Positions 49,867 to 62,812 of a stretch of DNA of 64,000 nt are shown piece after piece (the first letter of the stretch is position 1; each line of letters opens with the position of its first letter). A program made the position numbers and the translations under genes. The stretch lies in contig NC_068995.1 in NCBI RefSeq assembly GCF_001194135.2, forward strand, positions 57,216,608 to 57,280,607, written 5' to 3'. The notes beneath the pieces were generated by a model that saw only the letters and a list, made by a program, of their open reading frames with translations, had not been told where the DNA came from and did no database searches. This DNA comes from Octopus bimaculoides. Lineage: Eukaryota.

Positions 49867-50112
49867 TAAGGCAGCAAGCTGGCAGAATCGTTAGCACACT
49901 GGACAAAATGCTTAGTGGCATTTCATCTATCCTTATGTTCTGAGTTCAAATTCAGCCAAGGTCAACTTTGCATTTCATCCTTTTGGGGTCAATAAAATAA
50001 GTACCAGTTGTGTACTGGAGTTGATGTAATCAACTACCCTCCCTCTCCTCAAGAATTTCAGGCCTTGTGCTGATAGTACAAAGGTTTATTATTGTTATTA
50101 TTATTATTATTA
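49867..50112 (+). mobile_element. SINE family C, full length
   Basis: aaggcagcaagctggcagaatcgttagc...gagttcaaattc...ctttgcatttcatccttttggggtcaataaaataagtaccag...caggccttgtgc + (TTA)n. Confidence 0.92.
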
Positions 50113-50883
50113 TTGCATTCTTGTTATATTAGAGAAATAAAAGGTTGCTCCCTGTTCTATTTTTACCTTCTTGTGTTTCTATTGAACTCGTGTAGTTGTC
50201 TGTTTATGAGAAAAGGAAGACAGTTTCACCACAGAAATCTTTCTACATGTATCAACACTCACATAGTCTGTTGGGGTTTTTTTTCCTCCTTTTTTTTTTC
50301 CGAATTCTATTGTTGAAGTGCATAATCTTTCTGTTTTTGTGCTCTTTCTGTCTTCCACTTGTTCCTAACCATCACTGACCTAGCATTAAGATTCGTTGCT
50401 TGAAATTTGTGCAAACTAACTGATACGTTTCTTAATGAATACACTATATTTAATTAGCAGATAATAAGCTAAAGTAGTCAACATGCATCAGTTATTGATT
50501 ATTATTCTTTTTTAACACTTATTGATTTTATTCTAGAAACTGATTAGATCGTTTTTGTTATGACTTTTTTTAAAAATCAAAATAAATTTTATTTATTTTT
50601 CAATGCATTTAAAGATATTTAATTCTATTATTATTATTATTATTACTTTGATTTATGTTGTTTTTTAAAAATGAATTTTGTTTATTTACTATTTATTTTA
50701 AAACTTTTAAAAGATTTAAATTTTAACTTTAAATTTAAAAAAGAATTAAAATGTAATTAAAAATATTAAAAAATTAAAAAGTAAGACGGCAGAATTGATC
50801 GTTTTCATCCTATAGAATAATACCAGACCACTGGTTTTATCGCCTCTTACCTTTTTTTGTCATTTTTGGCTCGCCCCTGACAG

Positions 50884-50952
50884 CGAAACAGTGCGAGTCT
50901 GTGGATTTACCAAGCGGTGTGTCTTATCGGCCCTCTGTTAGCCCCTACATAT
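50884..50952 (+). CDS. Candidate exon, 69 nt (xKQCESVDLPSGVSYRPSVSPYI in phase 1-1, or RNSASLWIYQAVCLIGPLLAPTY in phase 0-0); product unknown
   Basis: Pyrimidine tract + ctgacag acceptor, consensus donor TAT|gtaagt, CpG-rich against very AT-rich flanks. Confidence 0.35.
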
Positions 50953-51149
50953 GTAAGTACAGTTCTCATTTTCTTTTCACACTAAAAACTAACTGAAAAA
51001 TCTGTAGGAAATGTTCTTTAGACACTGGCCTTAACAGTTCTGTTTCCTTTCTCTCAGTTTGGGATGCCAAACTTACTGTACAGATTGGTTGGATGTTGTT
51101 GGGTCAGTGCCAGTTGTATTAAAGATGAAAAAAAAAAAAATACTGGCAG

Positions 51150-51555
51150 TAATGTTGTTGTTGATGATGATGGTGATAATGATGGTAGTGGTGGTGGTGG
51201 TGGTGGTGGTGGTAATGGTTATTGTTGTTGATGTTGGTGATAATAGTCATGGTGATGGTGGTAAAGCTGGTCCTTGTTGTTGTTGTTGTTGTTGCTAGTA
51301 ATGGTTACAGTAGCTGTAGAAGTTCTTGTTGTTTTTTGTAGTTGTTGTTGTTNNNNNNNNNNTGCTAGTAATGGTTACAGTAGCTGTAGAAGTTCTTGTT
51401 GTTTTTTGTAGTTGTTGTTGTTAATGATGATGATGATTATTATTATTGTTGTTGTGGTGGCAGTAGTAGTAGTAGTAGTAGTGTTGGTGATTATGGTGAT
51501 GATAATGATGTTGGTGGTGGTGGTGGTGGTGGTGGTGGTGGTGGAGTTGATGATG
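51150..51555 (+). repeat. (GTT)/(GAT)/(GGT)/(GTA) trinucleotide field spanning a gap
   Basis: Seen directly. Confidence 0.9.
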
Positions 51556-51813
51556 GAATACCGGGATTCTTTTGAGATGCTTCCATTTCCTTCAGTTAAT
51601 TATTTTTTTCTTTCTTTTTTTTTTTACCATATCTTTTTGCCTTTTGAAAATGAGTCTAAAAATTCAACTAACCTTGGAGTCATTCAATTAATCGCAAGCT
51701 ATTTCTCTCTGACAATTCAATACAATAAATATATTTGATTTTTAAAATCATTCAAACCTTAATTTTTCACTTATTTTTACAAAAATAAATANNNNNNNNN
51801 NNNNNNNNNNNNN

Positions 51814-51857
<44 letters not shown>

Positions 51858-52439
51858 ATAAACAATGGAAAAATAACCCCAAAATTCATCTTGTCTTACA
51901 TTTATTAATATGACAACAGAAATAAAGCAAAAAGCATTTTTCTTAACTAAAAAACAACACAAGAAAAAAATAAACTTTAGTTGATCATTTTATATCAAAA
52001 CCAAGTTAAGATAACAAATTTAGCATATTTTAGCAGTATTTTTCCTTGGCTGGTGCTGGCTGTGCTGAAGGTGATGGTAGGAGGGGTGGGACAAAAACCA
52101 TTAGCTTGTCTTTACTAAATTAGATTCCCTATAATGTTTTAAAACAATGAAATTGTTTATTTCAAATGTTTACATTCATCCATAATTTCTTGTGGTTTAG
52201 CGTTAAGCATGATTTATACAATCTTTTAGCTGTATATTTTCTCTCCATTTGCACATTTTATTGTTTATTTTAATTTTTTTTTAATTTTCTTTTTTCTTTT
52301 TTTTTTTTTACTTTCATTGAAGAATTTTGCTGCATTCCTTCCTTTTCACTTACTGCAAATTGTGATTTAAGATTAATTCCAAGGTTTCTCTTTCTTTGTT
52401 TCTTTATTATATTTATATTTGCTTTTTTTTTATACTTTC

Positions 52440-52461
52440 TTCTTTTTTTTACAATATATAA

Positions 52462-52517
<56 letters not shown>

Positions 52518-52680
52518 GTGTACATAGATATATGTATTCAGACATTATATATATATGTATACCTAACACTCTACACACATATATACATGTATATATATAT
52601 ATATATGTGTGTGTGTATGTGTGTACATCGATGTATATGTATATATGTGTATATATGTACACATGTATGTGTATATAATT
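52440..52680 (+). repeat. Compound (TA)/(TG) field
   Basis: Seen directly. Confidence 0.95.
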
Positions 52681-53369
52681 AATTTTTTATTTTTTGCAAT
52701 TTTTCTTTTGTTTGTTTGTTATTTCAATGTGGAAACTTTAACAGTAAGTAATTCTGTAATATAATAATGAGTTGAATTTCAGCAATGAAATTGTTTTGCT
52801 TCGAAAAAGACTTGCTTTTCAGTGTCATCTTCTGCTCTTGAAATAAAGTGATTTTCAATACAAACTTGAATCACATTAAATTCCTAATGTACTAGATTTC
52901 TTTCTTTCTTTCTATTATTTATTTATTTATTTATTTGTTCATTTGTTTATTCTGAATTTGTATTTTCCTTAACTTCATAGTCTTCAATTAAGGGGAAAAT
53001 AGGGAGGTAGAGAGGAGGAGGAGGAGAGAGTAGGGTGGTGGTGATGGTGATGGTGGTAGGGAGGAAAATAGAGAAAGAGAGTCTACACGAATTCTTGCTG
53101 CAGCAAATATGTATGCTTGCATGTGTGGAAATATATGAGCAGAGAGAGAGAGAGAGAGATACATGATGATGATAAATCCAGTTCTAACTATGTAGGAAAT
53201 GATATTGATTGATATCTATTTTAGATAAGCTTATTGAATTGACTTATGATATATATTTTATCGTTGAGCTCAGGTTGGGCTAATTAAGAATTCCTGTATA
53301 AAAGGTGATATCTGCTTTTTTTTTAATCACTGTTATTTTTAATTAAGTTTAGCCTTATATAGATGCACT

Positions 53370-53407
53370 CACGCACACAACACACGTACATATGTAAAAT
53401 GCGTAAA

Positions 53408-53443
<36 letters not shown>

Positions 53444-53546
53444 TTTGTGTGAATGCACATGTATCTTTATGTGTATATGAATTAATATGTATGCATTATA
53501 TGTATGTATATGTGTTTGTGTATGTATGTATATATATATATATATA

Positions 53547-53591
<45 letters not shown>

Positions 53592-53626
53592 CCATTTGTA
53601 TTTATATATAATATGGATTTGTACAC

Positions 53627-53714
<88 letters not shown>

Positions 53715-53715
53715 A
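53370..53715. repeat. Compound (TA), (TG)n and (CA)n field
   Basis: (TG)n about 53549-53588; (CA)n about 53624-53712. Confidence 0.95.
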
Positions 53716-53850
53716 TATACAGTTTGTTACTAGGTTGACATGAAATCCCTTTCACGGCTGTTGCTTACTCCTGAGAATAAACCATTCTTTTATTGAGAAC
53801 TTTCAATTTATGGTTCCTGTTGCTTTTAAAAGTCAATCGAATTATTCAGC

Positions 53851-53896
<46 letters not shown>

Positions 53897-54055
53897 TTCT
53901 TTTTTTTCTTCCATTGCTTTCAGGATGCTTTTCAGTTTTTTATTGCTTTTAGCTTCTGTATGAGTATAATTTGACCTGACAACTAAAATGCATAGGAAAG
54001 AGGGGATTTTTCATCTTTTTGCTTTTTTTATGTATGTATATTGTATTGTATATAC

Positions 54056-54092
<37 letters not shown>

Positions 54093-54599
54093 AATGTAGA
54101 AAGCAAATGTATTCAGCATCAATATTTGCCTACCATTCCTAGAATGAACAATAGCTTTATATCTACTTTGGTCCAAATTCCAGCAATGTCCTAACAGTGT
54201 TTTTACAGCCTTCCTTCTTTCTATATATTCAATGTCAATATTTGTGCTTGATGTTCAGAAAAATTTGTAAAAACAATTTATGAATAGTGTAATCAGTATT
54301 TTAACATGGCTTGTGTCATAATTGAGTGTTATTATAACTACCTGATTGAGTGATGAACCAAAATAAAACCCTTTAATATATTTGACCTTCAAAAACAATT
54401 CTATCTGGGTTTTTTTTTTTTTTTTCATCAAGTAAATATTTCTATATTTTGACTTTTTCCAATAATGCAATTTGAATGTGTTTTTGAAAACTCTAAAAAA
54501 ATGTTTTATATATGTGGCTGGTTTCTAAAAATATATTAACATATTTATATCTAGTTATAAAGGAAGTGCTGTAGTGAACTGAGCTAAGCTCTAAATAAT

Positions 54600-55010
54600 G
54601 TTGTTGTTTAGCCCCAGGTTAGCTCAAATTAAACAGATTTTTGACTAAAAGGCTTTTAATTCAATATAAGGGTCCTATTTTTCTTTTTTCTTTTTAGTAT
54701 AATGTAGCTTGGAGTATAGTATCCAGTGTGTTCTTTCTCTTTTAAACTCCTAGCATTCAGATTATCCTGTCAGGCGTTAATCTCTATTTATTCACATTGT
54801 TTGGAATTAATCTTGCATTATGTTGTAGCTTCAAGATTTCAATGATATCATTGTTTATTCTTTTGAATGACATTGTAGGGTAGGTGTGAAAACAGGTAGA
54901 ATATATACGACCAGTTTCATTGCTAAAGGGCTCAGTTGGAAATCTGTGATTTGGAATGAGATTTGGCTAGTATTTCAAGCAGGTTGAATGGCCATATATG
55001 ACTTCCTTCA
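54600..55010 (-). mobile_element. SINE family E interrupted by a MITE
   Basis: ttgttgtttagccccagg...atccagtgtgttctttctcttttaa | MITE | ...gtgatttggaatgagatttggctagtatttcaagcaggttga. Confidence 0.8.
54742..54934 (+). mobile_element. piggyBac-like MITE family 1, nested in SINE E
   Basis: ttaa-actcctagcattcagat...gaatgacattgtagggtaggtgtga...tgctaaaggg-ctca. Confidence 0.85.
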
Positions 55011-55205
55011 GAGGTACTGGTCCCAATTGTTGGTATTTCACTTATATTCTTAATACCTTTGGTAAATGCATGAATGTCTCAACTTCTATTTTTACACCTT
55101 TCAAGAAGTCAGGAGGTTTAACCAATTGATTTTATTGAGAAATTAAATGAGTACCAAAGTTGTCATGTTCCATGTTTGGTCCATTTTGTCTTCTCGTGTT
55201 TGAAA

Positions 55206-55209
<4 letters not shown>

Positions 55210-55276
<67 letters not shown>
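55210..55276 (+). repeat. (TG)n microsatellite
   Basis: Seen directly. Confidence 0.95.
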
Positions 55277-55280
<4 letters not shown>

Positions 55281-55404
55281 CAATGCAGTCTAAATTTTAT
55301 AGCCTGCATTCTTTAGTCTTTGGCCAAAAATATGAACCAATAGATTTCTAAAAATTAAGATAGTTAAAGATGAATTAAGTCTGCTGATTGGTAAATATTC
55401 CAAA

Positions 55405-55715
55405 TTAGTAGAAGGCACTTGTCCAGATGTCACACAGCAGGACTGAACTTGAGACCACATGGTTGCAATGTAAGCTGCTTAACCACCACAGCTTTGCCTG
55501 CACCTATTATCATCATTCAATGCTATGTTCTATGGCTGGCATGTGTTGGATCCAACGACTACATTTGTGCTCCACTGTCTATTTTAGCAGGGTTTCTATG
55601 GCTGCATGCCCTTCCTAATGCCAACCACTTTACAGAGTGGACTGGTTACTTTTTTTGCTCCCATGCCAACAGCTCTCTTGAGGTTGTTATGCAGCTAACA
55701 AAACTACGAACCCCG
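55405..55715 (-). mobile_element. SINE A head (55405-55505) adjacent to a SINE B (55506-55715)
   Basis: gtagaaggcacttgtcc...ggactgaac...accacatgg; gggtttctatggctgcatgcccttcctaatgccaaccactttacagagtg. Confidence 0.85.
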
Positions 55716-56713
55716 AGGAAGTAGGGTCAGTTTTATGCGAGGAGATGAGCGGGGATTAGAAGATGAATAAATTCTCTTTCTGAAATAAACTTAGTTTCAT
55801 TTAACGTCTTTTTAAAATTAGAGGGACAGCATTTGTCTGAAATATGATTCTGGTTTCTGGCTTTCAGTGGGAAATAGACAGCCTCTGTGACAAAATATAT
55901 TTGGAAACTGCTGCCACAAAGCTACTCCATCAGAATTGACATGGGTTGTTCAGATATACAACAACAATAACAACAACAGTACTCAGTTGCTTTCTTACTA
56001 TGATAATAAAAAATATTAGTTTCGAAATACACACACATATACACAAATTAGAAAGTTATTCAATCATGTTACCAATATAGAATATACATAAAAAAAAAGT
56101 CAACATCCTTGTTGTTGTTATTTTATTCATCATTGTTTTTATATATATTTGGAGATGGCTGAAATTGGGTGCGTTTGGTTCACTCTATCATTTCTAGACA
56201 GATTTATCATTTCCATAACTCTTCTCTGATTCACGTTTTTGTTTCTTTGTTGTTGTTTTCTCCCCCCCCCACTCCTCAACCCCCCCAATTAGCTTCACTG
56301 AGTTCATTATTTGCATGAGACAAAGTTTATCATAGTAATGTGTTAATATTTACACTTTACTTGTCGACTTCATCACTGACCAATTAGCTGATTACATTCC
56401 CTGTTTCACTCCCTCGTTTCTTCTCTGTGTTTGCTATATGACTATATCATAACTATTTATAGTTTATTACATTGTTATTGTTATTATTATTATCATTATT
56501 ATTATTATTATCATCATCTCTTTTTTTTTTTTAATAGAATAATTATAAAGTGATGATTAACAGAAATGATAATATTACTAATAATGTGATTTTATATCTT
56601 ACTTTCAAATGCATTGTGTAGGTGTGAGTGTATTGTGAATTTCTGTTTGTCTATCTATATACATGTATGTATGTGTGTGTAAGTGGATATGTGTCTGTCT
56701 GTGTGTGTGTAGT

Positions 56714-56800
56714 ATTCTTTTACTTTTGTCAGTTTTTCTGGCCACCAGGTTAGGAGACTTCAAGAGTTTCAGCTGATCATATTGACCCCAGTGTTTAGTT
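56714..56800 (-). mobile_element. SINE A tail fragment
   Basis: cttttacttttgtcagt...ggcc...ttcaagag...attgaccccagt. Confidence 0.55.
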
Positions 56801-59199
56801 CGGTCTCCTACTTTTTTCATCAATTTCTATCAAATGGCTAAGTTAAGCTTTGACACACATTAACAAGAACACACCTATATTCACACACACACACACACAC
56901 AATCTATATACATATGTATGCACATTATTTGCATATGCTTAAGCATGTGTGCTGCTTGTGAACACACCACTGGTAGAGTATTATCTTTAATCTCACACTC
57001 CCAAACAATCATATTTATAAAATGTTGTGCATATTCATGTGTACTGTTTCATTTTCTCTCCTTCCTCTCAACCTCACTCATCTTCCCCTTAACGCTTCCA
57101 TGCTGTCTTATCTCCACTCGTTCATTTTATTATTCTCCACTGCTACACTTTTAATATAGGTACCTTGCTCCCTTTTATGTACTTTTTTAAAAATTATTTT
57201 AATTTCTTAGATGTGTAATATGATTTTAAGTGCTTTCCCTCTTACGTATGAGCTACGTATTTTCAATATGTCTTACTGCCACAAATAGACACATGTATTT
57301 GTATGTGTTTAACTTATAGGAATAAGCTCATATGTATATAGGTAAATATAGGTGTGTGTGTGTTTTTTGCATGTATACGTGTGTGTCTGTGTGTGGTATG
57401 CATGTAGCAAAGTGGGTGTGTGTACAGCTGCATAACTGTGGGCTTGTGCATACATATGTATATGCGTATATGTACTTGTGTGCCCATGATTGCATGTATG
57501 TCTGTATACCAGTGTATGCATAGCTTATTCATTTAAGCAAGCACTTGGATGTACCTGTATATGCATTCAATTGCATCTGTGTGTGTGTGTGTCCATTTTA
57601 CGTATCCATATTCCACAAAGCAAATGCATCGTATGGCAGTGACTTTTCAAGTTTCTGTGGTCACAACAGTATAAGTATAAGTACTCTTTCTTCTGCCAAT
57701 CCATGCAAAATGTGTAACATATCTCACTGGCTGACTTAGTATGGCCACGAACAGCCAAAACTTAAATGATGGATGACAATGATGTTACAGTGTTATCAAA
57801 AGTTGCTCAACTTCCCTCATGTAAAGTTATAAGCATCAGTTTATTGAGCACTCTTATGGACTCCTGACAGAGACTGCATTTTGAATGATTGTGTGTGGGT
57901 GTGTGTTTAAGTTGGCTAAACATAGCTTCGTATCACAACAATCAGTGCTAGAAAATTGCTTCAAGGGATTCAAATTATAGAAGTTATAAAGTAAAGGTTT
58001 CATCTAGTTTTGCCTTCTCTTCCACTCGGTTTTTATTGGTTGGACAACAAAGTTTTAAAAGTAGATAGCTGATTTTTTTGTGTTCTTTTAATTAATTTTC
58101 AACTTATCCTATTAACTACATGTATGTAATATATGTGTGTGTGTGTGTGTGTGTGTGCGTGCGTGTACATTAATGTATAAATACATACATATATATAGAT
58201 TGCGTGTGTAAATATATATATATACATATAATGTTTAAGTTTTGAAACAGAAACTAACTATTTTTGGGTTTTTCTTCTCCACAACTTAAATATGAAAAAT
58301 GCCAAGAAGAAAGCAATATTAATAGGAATGGGTGGGTTAGTGAAAAAAAAAGCTAAAAAGTAAAGAATAAAACGCAATAATTATAATAAACATTACAAAA
58401 AAAACAAACAAACAAACAAACAATATATATATTTGTGTGTGTGTGTATATAAAAGCTGGAGCAATGAGAAAATATTAGTTGTGTTTCTTTCTTATCACTA
58501 TAATTTCTAAAAATTTCTCTTCAGAATCAATTGATATTAAGCTTTTTATCTAAAGAAAGCTGTTCTGAATTGCAGTTTTTGCTTTTCAATCATCTTAAGA
58601 AAACACTACTTTGAACTTGCCATGCGATCTGACCTGAAGTTGACTCCTAGACTACTATCTGACTATAGCTTGGACCATAAATTCGTTGCTGTGAATAGAA
58701 TAATTTTTCCCCCCAACTACCATATTTTAATTAGTTTCTTCCATGGCAGCTTCTCCTATTGAATAGTCCAATGGGGATCCCCTCCTTGTTTATACTGACT
58801 GCCCTCCCTCTTCTTTTGCCATCAGCGCCCCCTTTCTTTTATAATCAGCTTCACTGTAAATGTTAGTCATCTCTGTACACTTTTAGAAGGTTCACTGGCT
58901 GCTTTCTTCCTGCTTTTCGGCTAAACAGTTCTTCACTTTGCACAACAAATTGTTGCCTTCATTTCTCATATAAAATGTTGCCTATGTGTGTATATGTGTG
59001 TGTCTTTGCGTGCATATTTCTTCTTTACATAGTTTGTGCACATGTGTATATGCTTGTGTATGTGTTAATGTTCACTGTCTACATATGTGTGTGTATATAT
59101 GTAGAGATGAAGATGTATACATGCACATACAGTTTTTCACTTTTATACATACTTTTATATATATATATATATAGATAGATAGATAGATATACATACATG

Positions 59200-59231
<32 letters not shown>

Positions 59232-59241
59232 NNNNNNNNNN

Positions 59242-59278
<37 letters not shown>

Positions 59279-59864
59279 CATACATACACACACACACGCA
59301 CATGCATAAACATTTGCAATCTAATGTTCACATGGTTATCCTATTGCATGTCGCCAAACTAATTAATACTGTTTTGCTGGATATTTTCTGATTTTGTAAT
59401 TTTTCTTTTCCTATTAAGATATATTATATGAGTAGATACAAGCCCATATCCTAGTAGTTATAAACTTTGCCTATTGTCACTGACAATGATAAAAAACTGT
59501 TAACACACACACACACACACACACACAGACATATACACACACACGTACATACATACAGAGTAAAATGTAGTACGGTGTGATAACAACAAAAAAAACGTAC
59601 AGAAAACAGGAAAAAACACACAAAGGACTTGAACATGTTCACCCCTCGTCAGTTATGAACCAAAAGTCATCACATTTTCAAGCCTTATCAATACTCTTAT
59701 TTAATTAGGTGGTGTTAACAACAAAAAGCTGCTGAGGTATAAATGAGAAAAGGATAAAAATTGTTGGGTCTCTAGACCAAAGGGGAGATATATATCACTT
59801 AAAATTTTGCCATTATATCTAATTATAGATACTAAAACTAGTGACCTAGCATAGTTATTAGAAC

Positions 59865-60051
59865 ATTATACAATATGCTTTGCTGCATTTCTTCCAACTC
59901 TTCACATTCTGGACTCAAATCTTACCAAGCTTATTTTTATAATTCATCTTTTTAGGACTGATAAAATAGAGTACCAGTGATGGTCTGGGAATCAATAACA
60001 TTAACCATTCCCATCCCTTCAAAACCTCCGGCCTTCTGCCTAAGTTACAAA
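59865..60051 (+). mobile_element. SINE family C, decayed
   Basis: cacattctggactcaaatc...gataaaatagagtaccag...ccggccttctgcctaagttacaaa. Confidence 0.65.
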
Positions 60052-60079
60052 AGCCATGCACGTTTACATAAGTTACTGG

Positions 60080-60300
60080 GGTTGATGTTTATCCCCAGGC
60101 TAACCCAGACCCAGTAGACCTATGGTCATAAGGCGGGGACCCACCTATGATCAACTTGTCTTTTCCTGCCTCCCATGTGTAATATATGATGAACTACAGT
60201 ATCCAGTGTGTCTTCTGATCTTTTTAGGCACTTGGCTGTGGTTTGAAGGACACCTAGCTATTATTTCTAGCAGATCAAGTTACTATACAGAGACTCTCTC
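60080..60300 (-). mobile_element. SINE family E
   Basis: gtttatccccagg...gacctatggtcataagg...atccagtgtgtc...gctattatttctagcag. Confidence 0.75.
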
Positions 60301-61129
60301 TTTGTTCTTCTTGCAACAGTTGTTGTCTTGCCCTTGGTCATCTGAGTGAGGAACCCCACAATCAAATGTATTCAAGCTTATTCAATCATTTTTTTAAAAA
60401 GATAATTTGAGGAAAATTTAACATCTATTTCCTGGATTTTGAATGATTACATCAAGGCTCTAAATTCAATGCTGCATGAGAAATTCAAGTGAAAGAGTTG
60501 TATTCTTATTCTACTGAGTGCTAACAGTACTCTTATGGTACTGCAGTTGTGTGACATTTGTAGCATCATCATCATCATCATCTCTGATAGTTCCTTCTTC
60601 ACATGCTGGCATGTGTTGGTTGCAAACTGCAGGCATGTGTTGGCATGACTACAGCATGGTCTTGTCTCTTTTCATTTATCATCCTCTCTCCCTATCCTGC
60701 CCCCCCCCGCTCCAATATTTTTTCACATCTGATCTAACTGCTTCATCCCTAGTCTTTTGTTTACCTCAGATGTGTGTGTACTTTCCATCAACCATCACTC
60801 ACTATGAATCATTCATTTACATTACAATACACTCACTTTGGTTGGATTTATTCATCAATGCTCTTTCATATTCTAATTGATTTCTTTCTCAACATCATTC
60901 ATTTGTTTATGCCCAGTCTTTCTTTCTTTTTTTCATTTCCTTTTGATTCTTTCTATTCTTTTTTTTTCTTTATCTTTCTTCCCTATCCCCTCTTAGACTA
61001 ACATTGACCCATCCAACAGTGTTCCTATTATTACTGAACTCACTACACTTGTATTCAGTATTGTAAAACGTCAGGAGAAGTGGAATAGCAGAATATGTAG
61101 TGTTGTGCAGAGAATACTATTAGTGTGGC

Positions 61130-61305
61130 TATATTTAGTAACATCACTTCTGAGTTCATGTCCTGCTTCAGTGAACTTTGCCTTTCATCTTTCTGGGTTC
61201 AACAAAGTAAGTCCCAGTCAAATATCATCAGAGCAGGGTTATAGTCAGCCCTACCCTCCATCTCCCACCAAAAAATGTTTCACCTTCAGTTCATATTAGA
61301 AATCA
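61130..61305 (+). mobile_element. SINE family C, decayed
   Basis: cttctgagttcatgtcc...aactttgcctttcatctttctgggttcaacaaagtaagtcccag. Confidence 0.7.
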
Positions 61306-61382
61306 ATATTGTAAAGATATTGTAAAACACCAAGCTTCTTATATTTTGTCCCACATACTTTCCATATTGACAATCATGCAAA

Positions 61383-61578
61383 TGAACCCTTCTAACGTTT
61401 GGATTAGTCTCTCAAATGTTACACTTATTTACATTATTTCGAATTAATCATGGATTATCTCGTAGCTTTTGAGATTTCGATGATGTGAATGTTTATTTTT
61501 AGAATGACATTGTAGGGTAGGTGTGAGATGTTGGATCTAGCTGGTTGGATATGGTAGGTTTAAATGCTAAATGGTTGA
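61383..61578 (+). mobile_element. piggyBac-like MITE family 1
   Basis: tgaa-ccctt...tttatttttagaatgacattgtagggtaggtgtgaga...aaatgctaaatgg. Confidence 0.8.
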
Positions 61579-61734
61579 AAGGAAAATGAAACACTGAAAC
61601 TGAAGTAAAAACTTAAGATATTAAAATGTAAGAAAATGAATAAATGTCAATGTTTGTAGATTTTTTGTGCATTTTTTTTTTATGTGGAGATAGGGGAGAT
61701 AACTGTACCATTATTTTGGAACTTTGTAGAGCAT

Positions 61735-62205
61735 GACACATTGGTTAAGTGTCTTCTACTATTGTTCTGGGCCTGCTAATACCTTGTAAGTGAATTTGGT
61801 AGATGGAAACTGTGGAAGCCCATTGTGTGTGTATGTGTGTGTGTTTGTATATATACATATTAATATAAAGATAAGTTAGAGACATACTACTGACAATCCA
61901 ATAATTTATTTATAATATTACATGGTATACTAAGAATGTAATATAACATTTTCGTCAGTTTGTTACTATATATAGATATATAAAGAGAAAGAGAGAGAGA
62001 GAGAGAGATGTGTTTGTGTCTGTCCACATCATAGTTTGATAACCAATGCTGGTTTGTTTATGTCTCCATAACCTAATAGTTTGGCAAAAGAGATCAATGA
62101 AATAAGCATGAGACTTAAAAGGCAAGTAGTGGGCTGGGGTCACTTTGTTCAAGATGGGGTCCCACACCATGGCTGCAGTGAAATGACCAAGACATGATAA
62201 AGGAT
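61735..62205 (+). mobile_element. SINE family A: 5'-truncated head (61735-61850) and 3' half (62005-62205)
   Basis: aagtgtcttctactat...ggtagatggaaactg; gataaccaatgctggtttgttt...ccatggctgcagtgaaatgacc. Confidence 0.75.
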
Positions 62206-62319
62206 ACTCTGGAATGTTCTCCTCCCTCTTTGGTTGCTCATCTGCATTGTGTCCCCTATCTTATGCTATCCCTTCTTCCTCTAACATTTCATATTATTTA
62301 CTTAGTCTCATTATCATTG

Positions 62320-62545
62320 TTTAGCACCTTCCCCTAGGAAAGCTTTGTCCATCAGACCTATGACTATAATCAAAGGCTTTCCAGCCTTGACCATCTCATT
62401 ATTTTTTTGTTTTTTTGTTTCAAACACACTGTATCTATGATTATATGAACCAACGTATCCTCCTATTCTTTTTTTTTCCTCCTAAGACAATTGGACAGGA
62501 TTTAAAAAAAAGGTTTTGGTTGCTATTCCTGTGACCAATAAAAGT
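62320..62545 (-). mobile_element. SINE family E
   Basis: cagacctatga...atcaaaggctttccagccttgaccatc...ttggttgctatt. Confidence 0.7.
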
Positions 62546-62689
62546 CTGCGATTCTATGTTTCCGTGGTTTCTAAGTAATTCTTATTTTACATTCATTTTC
62601 TCATCTGATTTGCATTTGGCTTCATATAACAATCCAAAGAACAATTTAAGGTAATATATTCTTATGATATCAGTTCAGCTAAATCTTAC

Positions 62690-62812
62690 TACAGCAGCAC
62701 ATTCCATCATTCCATATTGCCACCAGTTCTCATGTTCTAGTTCACTTTTCTTCCGGATAGCTTTTAATTTTTCCTTCCATCGTAGCAAAGCAGACATTTC
62801 TTCTTGCTTCAT
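62690..62812 (-). CDS. Candidate ATG-containing exon, 41 codons (MKQEEMSALLRWKEKLKAIRKKSELEHENWWQYGMMECAAV); product unknown
   Basis: Open from ATG to donor GTA|gtaaga, with an in-frame stop upstream. No homology recognised. Confidence 0.25.

Noticed and set aside
51293-51422. 60-bp direct repeat on both sides of a 10-N gap
   Set aside because: Identical contig ends in a trinucleotide field flanking Ns, with no inserted element between them. This is most simply an unmerged-overlap assembly artefact.
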